The translations under genes were made by a program, and so were the position numbers. A DNA stretch of 60,312 nucleotides, filler included, from Basidiobolus meristosporus CBS 931.73 (taxonomy: Eukaryota > Fungi > Basidiobolomycota), in the NCBI GenBank assembly GCA_002104905.1. It is 3 parts of 3 records of this genome, joined end to end, with 100 filler letters (N's around TTAATTAATTAA, not from the genome) between each part and the next. Parts side by side here need not be neighbours in the genome. Positions count along the whole stretch, not along the records: positions 18,656 to 45,499 come from MCFE01000910.1; 2 more parts are not named here. One strand, given 5' to 3'. The notes below the pieces were generated by a model that did not search any database, was not told where the DNA came from, and saw only the letters and a program-made list of their open reading frames with translations. Positions 23,363 to 34,129 of the stretch are shown here, piece after piece (position 1 is the first letter of the stretch; the number at the start of each line of letters is the position of its first letter).

Positions 23363-23976
23363 TGTCAGAGAGTGGTGGAAATATTAGCAGAGAAATTTTG
23401 GTCCAATATTGGTCTTGTGTATAGCTGGGCTTGGCTATAAAGGCAACAGAGTTGGTTTTCTATGCAGGCTAGACTTGGTGTTCTTGGGTGTGCTAGGTAT
23501 GCTGGGCTTGGGTAGAAACTAGAATGCAATTGTTGAATTCTTAATTTTGCTAAGATGCAATCTTAATTTTGCTGAGACACACACTAAGCCAAAAGGTTCA
23601 GTCAACTCTATTTATACTTTTTTGATCAAGTTAATTTAGTAAGCACTAAGAGACTGGACTAATTGAAATCTGTTGGGGTGTTGATAGGTGCATAAGATAA
23701 ATGAAATTTGTTTCATTAATCAGCTGATGTCTTGTCAACTGCTAAGTTGTTGGATAGAACTCGGATGACTAATCACCTGGGAAGGCTTGACAGATAGGTT
23801 GATAACATAATGGCCACATGATAATTGATCAGGTGTGACAGCTAGTGATAGATTTTTAGATGAGATAAAATAAGCCATACTGAGATTAGTTATGTTTGGG
23901 TTAGGGAAGTTCAGTTTGGGAACTAGATTTTCTAACGGAATAAAATTGGCTAAGGTGTAAATGTTGATGGACAACA
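23363..23976 (-). repeat. Putative 3' LTR (~614 bp) of a chromodomain-bearing Gypsy element
   Basis: On the minus strand TGTTGTCC follows the purine-rich GGGAGAAAGCAA just downstream of the chromodomain; contains TATAAATAG and ends ...TGACA. No second copy in the window. Confidence 0.5.
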
Positions 23977-24030
23977 TTGCTTTCTCCCAGAAGAGGGGCT
24001 TTCTGATGCCTTCTGGGTACTGCTGCAGCG

Positions 24031-24440
24031 CCAATGCAGACCAACAATGGCAACATTGTCAAAGTTGGTGCAAGGTTCCCAGGTGTTGTATTTGGCATCA
24101 CATCAATCTACTTGACTAAATAAAGGTAATTTGGTTCTTCTCCAGTGTGGTCTTCAATAACTTCATCTTCATAGGATTCAGAAGTAACTGGGTCTTGATA
24201 TATGTTTGAGTGAAGAAGGTGGAAAGCTCTTGGGTCACAGTGCTCCAGTATTGTCTTGAAGTACATAAGATCCTCCAGTGTTGCATCTGACAACTATGAA
24301 TGGGCCTTCATATTTGAAGTCAAGCTTAGATTATTGGATTGGATCTAGTGTCATGACATGTGACCCATCTTGGAAGCTGCTGTTCCTGCGTCTTGAGGTG
24401 TATGTTGAAGTCATCTTTTGCTGTGAGGCTCTACTTCTGG
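24031..24440 (-). pseudogene. Gypsy integrase C-terminus (GPF/Y motif) and chromodomain, disrupted; end approximate
   Basis: SKLDFKYEGPFIVVRCNTGGSYVLQDNTG, then YEDEVIEDHTGEEPNYLYLVK*(W) and, after a frameshift, DAKYNTWEPCTNFDNVAIVGLHW. Confidence 0.75.
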
Positions 24441-27400
24441 CACTGATGGCAGGGTAGGCCTCTTTCAGTTATTGCATGGCTTCATCTTGCTCTTCTTCCC
24501 AGATAAATGGGGTATTCTTTCTCTGTAGTCAGTAGAATGGCTCTGCTATCTCAGAAAAGCTTGGGATCCAGTTCCTGAAGAACCCACAAGCTGCCTCAAA
24601 GCCACAAGCTTGTGTTAGATTTGTGGGGGTAGGCCAGTTGCATATCTTTTGTGTCTTGGAGTTTCCAGGTGAATGACCAAAGGTGTTGCATTTTTGTCCA
24701 ACAATGGATATCTCTGATACACCAAAGCTGCTTTTCTCACCACTGATGGTGAGTCCTGCTTCTTCAATGGCTCCTAATATGGCATCATTGTCTGAAATAT
24801 GTTCATAGACAAACTTTCTTACTCCAGGCATAACTTCAGTGGTGCCCTGGGTTTTTGGTCCTTTGATGCTTATGTCATCAACAAAGACAGCAGGTTTTGC
24901 AGGTATAAACTGGTACAGCACATTCACCATACATCTCTGGAACTGGGCTACAGAGTTTGCAGCCCCTTGGCTGAGTCTTGTCAACCTTAACAGTCCAAAT
25001 GGTGTGTGGAGGGCAAACATATCTTTTGATGTCTCACCAAGGGGGATCTGGTCATATCCTGAGTAGAGATCATATTTTGAGTAGATGGAGTGGCCACTAA
25101 AGCTTTCTGCAAAGTCATCAATAGATGGAGGTATAGCAGCATCTCTGATAGTGACAGCATTTGCAGGTTGCATGTCTTGAATGAATTGGAGCCTTCCATT
25201 CTTCTTTTTGGTCACAAATCATCTGTTAGCATAAGGTCCATGGCAAAGTTCTAGGATACCAGCTTCTATCTTCTTCTTAAGTAGGTCATGCACATTAGCT
25301 TGGAGTCCTCTGGGCAGTAGGTAAGGCTTAAATGACCAGGGTGTGTGGGGCACTGTATGAATCTTGATGGGTTTTTCAACCAATGTCTTTAAGTGTCCCA
25401 TCTCCTTGTCATTTTATGAGAAGACCTTATCATGCCTTTTCAAGGTTTCTTCAAATAATAGTATCTCCTCTGGTTTTAGGTTTCCATCACCAATGATAAG
25501 TTGCTTAAGTCTCTCAGGTGTAAGTATATATCTTCTGGTGGTCTAATGTAATCAGCAGGTCAAGATCCATCAGTCAAAGGTGTAAGTGATGGTCCAATCT
25601 TCTGTTCTACTGTCTTGTATTTTGTTCAAACCATAGCTGTCTGCTCCTGTATACCTAATGAGCAGCTCCAAATGTTGGGGTGTATATTGTCAGGCTCCTC
25701 ATCTTCTTCTATAACAAGGTGTGTCTTTTGGCAAGCAGTATGTGTCTTCTTATTGTTAGGTGTTACACCACAAAAGGTTGACTGTAGTCCTGGGTTGGAC
25801 CCTTGTATAGTGTACCATACTGACCCATTGGAGTAGGTGGTAGTTGTAGCCTTAATACAGTTTCCCATGGTCTACCTGGCAGAAGGTCAAAGTTTGCCTT
25901 CTGGCAGATGAAGAGGGGAAGCCAGACCTTAATTCCTTGGACCTCAATAGGGAACTTGTGCACTACACCATAGAGTAGATTAGATCCTGAGTTTGCATCA
26001 GTCATGTTCCATCTGGTATCCCTATCAACAGGCAGTAGCTCCTTGCTTCTGAGTGACTTCAAGAAGTCTAGCGGCATAACACAAGTCTCTGAACCACTGT
26101 CAATATGGCAGTCAACAGGGTCATTATATATATATCCTTTCACTACAGCAGTTGCAACTGAGTAAAAGGTATTATATTCAGTAGTGTTATCATCCTTTTG
26201 GTGGTCTTCATGGTTTGTCTGAATTATATGGGTGTCCATATGTTCAACAGCTTGTTGTCTTGTTCTAAGCTGCTCATCAAAGGTCTTCCTAACTGATGGG
26301 GATACACTTATGATTTCTTCAACCAACAAAGTGAGGTTCTGCTTCAGCAGCTTCTCAGTAATCAGTTGAGGGCTTAAGTAGCTTGCTATCTTTGAGGTCA
26401 TCTGTAAGTGAGGCAGTGGGTCTTGGGGGCAGCAAACTAGGCCTCTTTTCAATAACAACTTCAGGTTCTTCAAATTGTGGTCTTCTAAGGATGGGTTTGG
26501 CAGGTTCTTCAGGGAGGTTTCTTTTGGTAGCAAAGGCATCAACTTTGTATTGTCTGTTGTCAGGGCTGCTTGGACTCATTGTATGAGTCTCAATAGGGCA
26601 TCTACAGTAATCTTTCTGGTTTCTGAGTCAGGTTTCTGGAAAAGGGCTCTGATCCCTCCTCTTTGGAAATTAGTGGGAATCCTTCTTCCTTCCTTGTCAG
26701 CTGCCATTCCATCAGCATCAAACTGTACTGCTCCTTCTCCAAGTAGCTGACTAAGCTCAGAGCATTCTTGACTGACATGCAGAGTAGAGTCACACCAGAT
26801 GTAGTGTCTGGGCAAAGGTCTTTGGCCCTCAGTAGGTACTTCAGCTGAGCCATTAATCTTGAGGGCTAGCTTTTGTAGCTGTTCAGCAAGTTGGTCAATT
26901 CTGTCAGTAGTGTAGGTCTGATTGTCAGCAACAGCACTCCTTGGCTCCTTGGTTGACTGGTCTGGCAGATTAAATGTCAGGAGTCTCATAAAGGTGGAAG
27001 TTTGCTTTGCCTCTAGGAGAACACGTTTCATCTCAGCAAAGCAAGGAATACCAGACCTGACATCCTTGGCTGAATGTAAGTCAGCTTTCCTTGCCAAGTC
27101 CTGGGGAAGCCCTTGTGCAAGGTAAAGTGTCATGGTAAACTCAGTTATTGCCTGGGACTCTAGGAGTGGCTTGGTCATATCTTCATACTGTTGAATGAAT
27201 TCTTCAGTGGTAGCTTGGAGAGACCAGTCCTTCTAAAGTGTCTGAGGTCTTCAATTCCATAGTATATCTGGGGTCTACCATACTTAGTCTGTAGGTAGGT
27301 CTTAATTAAGGCCCAGTCAGTGAGAATGTCTCCTTTTCTGAGAAGCTTAGTGGCAATATCATCAGTGCAGTAGTAGGGGAAGTCTTCAGCATTTCTTGTT

Positions 27401-27629
27401 CAGATAGGCTGCACATCTTGCAGAGCTTATCCCATTTGAATATGAAGCTTTCCACATTCTTTCCATCAAACTGTGGGGCTCCATGTGAGAGTGGTAATGG
27501 CATGGAGTTCATTTTGGGCAGGTAGGTTGGTGTTGTAATCTTGATAATATTGGTAGTCTCTTTCAATAAGTGGATAACAGCTCAAATCTTCAGGTAAATC
27601 TTGTTGGGTCCTAGGGAGCTTGTATGAAC

Positions 27630-27647
27630 CCCCCACATTGAGTGCCA
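27630..27647 (-). promoter_or_regulatory. PBS, tRNA-Lys(CUU)-like, decayed
   Basis: TGGCACTCAATGTGGGGG, 4 nt from the LTR end. It differs from the canonical TGGCGCCCAACGTGGGGC by three transitions (two at CpG) and the last base. Confidence 0.65.
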
Positions 27648-27651
27648 AATA

Positions 27652-28692
27652 TGTGGTAGTGTATAAGTTCAAGGGACAGATAGGTCCAACACTTCTCAAG
27701 TGTTTTATGTGTGGGGTGTTCACTGGGTGCAATAACCTCTGGCAAAAGCTTGCTAGGAATACTTGGGTTCTGTCTCTAATCTAATGTGAAGGGGAATAAA
27801 GCAACAAGCTTGTCAAGGGAAAACTATTGAGCTACAATCCCCAACTTGGTTCAGCATCCCTGAGATGATAATGTACTAAAGCTTCTAAAGTCAAAACAAC
27901 TGTAAACTCCACTAGCAGGGACTTGACAAGAATGCAGCTGTGGTCAATAGTTACAAAGGCAGAAAAGTATCTTTGCCTGTACAAGAACAAACTGGCAAAA
28001 GAATCAAATATAATAAAAGATACCTACTCTAAGTATTCCTCACTAGTAGTGCCTCCAAGGTCAGTTGGCTGTCAGCACGGTTTCCTGGGAGTGTCCTGTG
28101 GTCTGGGGTTGGAAGTTCAGGTAGCAGCAGGTACAAGTGATCACACTAATCAACAAGTTGGTATATTGATAAAAGGGATGATGATTTATTGTTGAGGGAT
28201 AGCCTCCCTTATATACTTTTCTTACTAGCTAAGTGATTACCAATCATGGTGTTCCAGAAGGTTCCAGATATCAATAGAAATCTTAATGACATCAGAATGG
28301 CCTAAGAATGTTCTAAGTAGGTGCCAGATGGTCCTAAGAGGCAGAGCACATTGCACCAATCAGGAATCAGTACTCTGAAACCTGTGTAACATAGGGATAC
28401 CATATATGGAATGAAAATGGTAGGGATGGCAACACAAGTTGATAATGTGTCACAGGTATTGGTACAGGTACTTGCCTAATATGGAAGCACTTACTGCTAG
28501 TAATCTTACATAAGGTGGGGGATAACTTATGCAATAAGGTAAGCAGGTGTGATAGTCAACCAGCTTATGGGACAGTACTGATCAGGTAAGACAAATGGGA
28601 TAAAACTAAAATAACGGTAGTAGAAAAATAGTGAAGTAGAAAATATAGGAATGAGCACATCTGTCAGTGGGTGTCACTGTAACCCCACTACA
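27652..28692 (-). repeat. LTR family B, copy B1 (5' LTR, 1041 bp)
   Basis: Termini TGTAGTGGGG...ACTACCACA on the minus strand; about 30 bp shorter than B4/B5; outer flank GCAG. Confidence 0.9.
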
Positions 28693-28862
28693 GCAGTGAT
28701 TCACTTTGCACACTTTAACTTCTTCCTGGTTGACTATTGTCTAGGCTACTTGTGTACTTACAATCAGTGTTTTACATCTTGGCTGATGAGTGCAGTGTGG
28801 TTGCTTAGCCATGCAGAATTGATGTCGATGATATCACAGAACCCACCTAAATTGCTGTGTGC

Positions 28863-29250
28863 TCTAGTGGTGTATAAGTCCAAGGGAGTAATATATCCAA
28901 CACTTCCCAAGTGTTTTGTGTGTGTGGTATGCCCTGCGTGCACCAGTCTCTGTTAATAGCTTGGTAGGAGAACTTGGGGTATTGTCTCTACTGTAAAATA
29001 AGGGGAATAGATCTGCCAGCTTGTCAAGGAGAAATTATGGAGCTATAATCCTCAACTTAGTTGGTGTTGTAACAAATTATGTGCTGGGTCTGCATCCATT
29101 AAGATGAAAAAGTACTAATACTTCAAAGTAAGAACAACTGTAAACCCCAGCAGCAGGAACTTAATAAGGATGCAACTGTTGTCAATAGTTATAGACAGCA
29201 AGAAGTATCTTTATCTGTACTAGAACCAGCTTGTGAAAGAATAAAATAAA
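28863..29250 (-). repeat. LTR family B, partial old copy B2; limits approximate
   Basis: Diverged match to the first ~400 plus-strand bases of B4/B5; cut by a Harbinger-like end at 29253. Confidence 0.6.
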
Positions 29251-29252
29251 TT

Positions 29253-29860
29253 TGACTTGTTGATAGTACTGTGCCAGAGCCTACAGTAGAATCCATAGTC
29301 ATTTTGAACAATTGAGAACATTACTGTAGCATCTGTGCACAGGATTGCTGTTGGGAAATTTTGCATTATGGGGGACAATCTTGCACACAGTGGCACAATC
29401 TAACACAATGAGGTTGGCATGAATGATTGCACCAAGTTGTAATGTTTGCATCACATGTGTAAATGGATACTGCTATCATGTTGGGTAAAACCAAGTATGC
29501 AGATATGTTTCTGTAATGTTGATGGAGACAAATGTGTACCACACTGTGAACTGTACCAATACATACCATATTGGCTACCATCATTCTGATTGGCTGGTGT
29601 ATCAGTAGTTAACTGATTCAAAAGTATCCTGAAGCTGTTAGCCCCCAAATGGCTCATTGACCAATACACAAGCTGCCTGAACTACTGTTGAATATTCCAT
29701 TTTGCTTATGGAGCAAGTAATTCTCTGTTTACAGTGACTGGAAAGATGCCATACCTATCATGCTACTAATATTGTGGCTGCAAGAGAATTCAAATAGCAA
29801 TGCTGGTGTTACAGATGATGTATAGATACACCAGGTGATTACCTATAGGGGTATTGATGT
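29253..29860. mobile_element. Inverted partial copy of the right end of the Harbinger-like element; end approximate
   Basis: Reverse complement of 11714-12131 joined to ~6850-7041 with no Copia insert; starts TGACTTGTT preceded by ATT. Confidence 0.65.
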
Positions 29861-29989
29861 GTTGTTTTATGATTAGTTTGGGGCTTGTTCTCCAATGGAA
29901 AGACTAATCAATAGTATACAACAACTTTCAGTATGTCAATACTAGAGCAGCTTGTTAGGAGTTGGATATACTAATAGAAGATGTAACTA

Positions 29990-31625
29990 TGCATTTTTGA
30001 ATAATTTTTTTGGGATAAATATTGTGCATGACACATAACAGCACAGAAGGACTGAAGATATGTATCTGGTACAACACCCATGACACTCTGAATCTAGCTT
30101 CTTTGGCTTGTAACATGTCACAAATATGCATGGCACAATCTTGGGCCGCTGGCTCTATCTGGCACTATGTTTAAATATTAGCCTTAAAGTAAATTTTATA
30201 CAAAGCACTTATTATACTAGATAGTACGAGTGCCCTGAGATGGCTCCATAGATTTTTGTTACAGGTTATAAGCTGCAGGAGCTAGTTTCAGCGTGTCATA
30301 GGTATTGAGTACCAGATGCATGTTTTCAATACTTCTGAGCTCTTACCCATCCTGCACAACATTAATCCCAAAAAAAAGTCAAAAAATGTATTATCTCCAG
30401 TGTGGTGGTGTATAAGTCCAAGGGAGAAATATGTCAAACACTTCACATATGTTTTGTGTATGGGGTGTTCTTTGGGTGTAATAACCTCTGGGAAATGCTT
30501 AATAGAAATACTAGGGTTCTGCCTCTAATATAACGTGATGGGGAATAAAGCCACAAGCTTGTCAAGGGAAAACTATTGAGCTACAATCCTCAACTTAGTT
30601 GGTGTCTTAGCAAAAGTATGTGCTGGGTTCAGCAGTGTAGTGGGGTCACAGTGACAACCACTGACAGATGTGCTCATTCCCATATTCTTTACTTCCCTAT
30701 TTCTCTACTACACTTATTTAGTTTTATCCCATTTGTCTTACCTGATCAGTACTATCCCATGAGCTGGTAAACTGCCACACCTGCTTACCTTAATGCACAA
30801 GTTATCCCTCACTTTATACAAGATTACTAGCTGTAGGTGCTTCTATATTAGGCAAGTACCTGCACCAGTACCCATAACATATGATCAACCTGTGTCACCA
30901 TCCCTACCATTTCCATGCCATATTTGGTATCCCAATGTTATACAGGTTTCTGAGTACTGATTCCTGGTTGGTTGGATGTGCTGAGCCTCTTAGAACCTTC
31001 TGGTACCTACTTAGAACACTCTTAGTTCATAGTGTTCCAGAAGGTTGTGGAGATCAATAGATATCTTAATGACATCAGAATGAGCTAAGAGTACTCTAAG
31101 TAGGTACCAGAAGGTTCTAAGAGGCTCAGCACATCCAACCAACCAGGAATCAGTACTCAGAAACCTGTATAACATTGGGATACCATATTAGGTATGGAAA
31201 TGGTAGGGATGGTGACACAGGTTGATCATATGTTATGGGTACTGGTGCAGGTACTTGCCAAATATTGAAGCACCTACAGCTAGTAATCTTGCATAAAGTG
31301 AGGGATAATTTATGCAATAAGGTAAGCAGGTGTGATAGTCAGCCAGCTTATGGGATAGTACTGATCAAGTAAGACAAATGGAATTAAACTAAATTATTTA
31401 CAGTAGAGAAATTGAGAAGTAGAATATATGCAAATGAGCACATCTGTCAGTGGGTGTCACTGTGACCCCGCTACACCGGCACAATGGGTGATACACTTTG
31501 CATGAAGAAGAAGTAGTATGTTTCAGACTCTGTAGCCAAATATAGGTCTACTTTGCCTTTTTAGCACACTTTGGCATCATTTGGCACTCATTACTAAATA
31601 TGGCACTATCCAACAGTACAAGCCT
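29990..31625. mobile_element. Degenerate fold-back MITE (same family as 40525-41015) interrupted by LTR B3; start approximate
   Basis: ~29990-30070, ~30300-30400 and 31476-31625 align with the 40525 MITE; right TIR ...GTACAAGCCT followed by ATT. Confidence 0.55.
30401..31475 (-). repeat. LTR family B, rearranged solo copy B3 with an internal ~395-bp inverted repeat
   Basis: LTR termini at 30401 and 31475 with flanks CCAG and CCGG; arms 30636-31030 and 31080-31475. Confidence 0.85.
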
Positions 31626-31969
31626 ATTTACTTAAAGGGGTGCCTAAAGCCCTATGAAAAAAAATTGAGATGTTATGTCAAAAGGCTGTCACAAAGCTAA
31701 AGTCCCATAATTAAGAGGTACCAATCCTGTCAGGACATTGTCCAGAGACTATTGAAAAATAATTGCACCCCAGATTTCACAAAAAATGTAGTCAGAATTT
31801 TTCATCACAACAATGTGTAAGTGGCTTTTGATTGGTTCCCCACCAATTTGCTCACTTTCCAATCATGAATACTCTATTGCCTTGTACATTTGTGTGAATT
31901 GTTTGGCTATTACCTCTTTTTCACACTCCTTATTTCCCGACTCAACTGTTTTGCTTACTTTTCATGCAT

Positions 31970-34115
31970 TGTGGTGGTGTATAGCTCTAAGGGAGAGATA
32001 TGTCTAACACTTCTCAAGTGTTTTGTGTGTGGGGTGTTCACTGGGTGCTATAACCTCTGGCAAAAGCTTGCTAGGAATACTTGGGTTCTGTCTCTAATCT
32101 AATGTGAAGGGGAATAAAGCAACAAGCTTGTCAAGGGAAAACTATTGAGCTACAATCCCCAACTTAGTTTGCATCTTAACAAAAGTATGTGCTGGGTTCA
32201 GCGTCCTTTGAGATGACAATGTACTAAAGCTTCCAAAGTCAAAACAACTGTAAACTCCACTAGCAGGGACTTGACAAGAATGCAGCTGTGGTCAATAGTT
32301 ACAAAGGCAGAAAAGTATCTTTGCCTGTACAAGAACAAACTTGCAAAAGAATCAAATATAATAAAAGATACCTACTCTGAGTATTCCTCACCAGTAGTGC
32401 CTCCAAGGTCAGTTGGCTGTCAGCACGGTTTCCTGGGAGTGTCCTGTGGTCTGGGGTTGGAAGTTCAGGTAGCAGCAGGTAGAAGTGATCACACTAATCA
32501 ACAAGTTGGTATATTGATAAAAGGGATAATGATTTATTGTTGAGGGATAGCCTCCCTTATATACTTATCTCACTGGCTAAGTGATTACTAATCATGATGT
32601 TCCAGAAGGTTTGGGCTATGAACAGAAATCTTAAATACATCAGAATGACCTAAGAATGCTCTAGGTAGGTGCTGGAAGGTTCTAAGACGCACAGCACATC
32701 TAACCAATCAGGAATCAGCATTCCAAAACCTGTGTAACATAGGGATACCATATATGGTATAGAAATGGTAGAAATGGTGACACAGGTTGATCATGTGTCT
32801 CAGGTACTGGCGTGGGTACTTGCCTAATATAGAAGCACTTATAGCTAGTAATCTTACATAAAGTGAGGGGTTACTTATGTAATAAGGTAAGCAGGTGTGA
32901 TAGTCAACCGGTGTGGTGGTGTATAGGTCCAAGGGAGAGATACGTCCAACACTTCTCAAGTGTTTTGTGTGTGGGGTGTTCACTGGGTGCTATAACCTCT
33001 GGCAAAAGCTTGCTAGGAATACTTGGGTTCTGTCTCTAATCTAATGTGAAGGGGAATAAAGCCACAAGCTTGTCAAGGGAAAACTATTGAGCTACAATCC
33101 CCAACTTAGTTGGCATCTTAACAAAAGTATGTGCTGGGTTCAGCATCCTTTGAGATGACAATGTACTAAAGCTTCCAAAGTCAAAACAACTGTAAACTCC
33201 ACCAGCAGGGACTTGATAAGAATGCAGCTTTGGTCAATAGTTACAAAGACAGAAAAGTATCTTTGCCTGTACAAGAACAAACTTGGGAAAGAATCAAATA
33301 TAATAAAAGATACCTACTCTGAGTATTCCTCACTAGTAGTGCCTCCAAGGTCAGTTGGCTGTCAGCGCGGTTTCCTGGGAGTGTCCTGTGGTCTAGGGTT
33401 GGAAGTTCAGGTAGCAGCAGGTAGCAGTGATCACACTAATCAACAAGTCAATATATTGATAAAAGGGATGATGATTTATTGTAGAGGGATAGCCTCCCTT
33501 ATATACTTTTCTCACTGGCTAAGTGATTACTAATCATGGTGTTCCAGAAGGTTCCAGATATCAATAGAAATCTTAATGACATCAGAATGACCTAAGAATG
33601 TTCCAAGTAGGTGCCGGAAGGTTCTAAGAGGCACAGCACATCCAACCAATCAGAAATCAGTATTCTGAAACCTGTGTAACATGGGGATACCATATATGGT
33701 ATGGAAATGGTAGGGATGGTGACATGGGCTGATCATGTGTCACGGGTACTGGCGCGGGTACTTGCCTAATATAGAAGTACTTATAGCTAGTAATCTTACA
33801 TAAAGTGAGGGGTAACTTATGCAATAAGGTAAGCAGGTGTGATAGTCAACCGGCTTATGGGATAGTACTGATTGGGTAAGACAAATGGGATAAAACTAAA
33901 ATAAGTGTAGTAGAGATATAGGGAAGTAGAAAATAAGGGAATGAGCACATCTGTCAGTGGGTGTCACTGTCACCCCACTACACCGGCTTATGGGATAGTA
34001 CTTATCAGGTAAGACAAATGGGATAGAACTAAAATAAGTGTAGTAGAGATATAGGGAAGTAGAAAATATGGGAATGAGCACATCTGTCAGTTGGTGTCAC
34101 TGTCACCCTACTACA
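31970..34115 (-). repeat. Solo LTR B4 (1071 bp net), containing B5
   Basis: TSD GCAT at 31966-31969 and 34116-34119. Confidence 0.9.
32912..33982 (-). repeat. Solo LTR B5 (1071 bp), nested in B4
   Basis: TSD CCGG at 32908-32911 and 33983-33986. Confidence 0.92.
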
Positions 34116-34129
34116 GCATACTAATTGAT

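Larger units (their letters stand above)
24490..28692 (-). mobile_element. Ty3/Gypsy element (LTR family B): 5' LTR, PBS, gag, protease and RT; truncated after RT; left limit approximate
   Basis: gag GAPQFDGKNVESF, protease CHIDSGSETCVM, RT KYDLYSGYDQ...LSQGAANS...VFVDDISIKGP; multiple stops and frameshifts. Confidence 0.85.
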
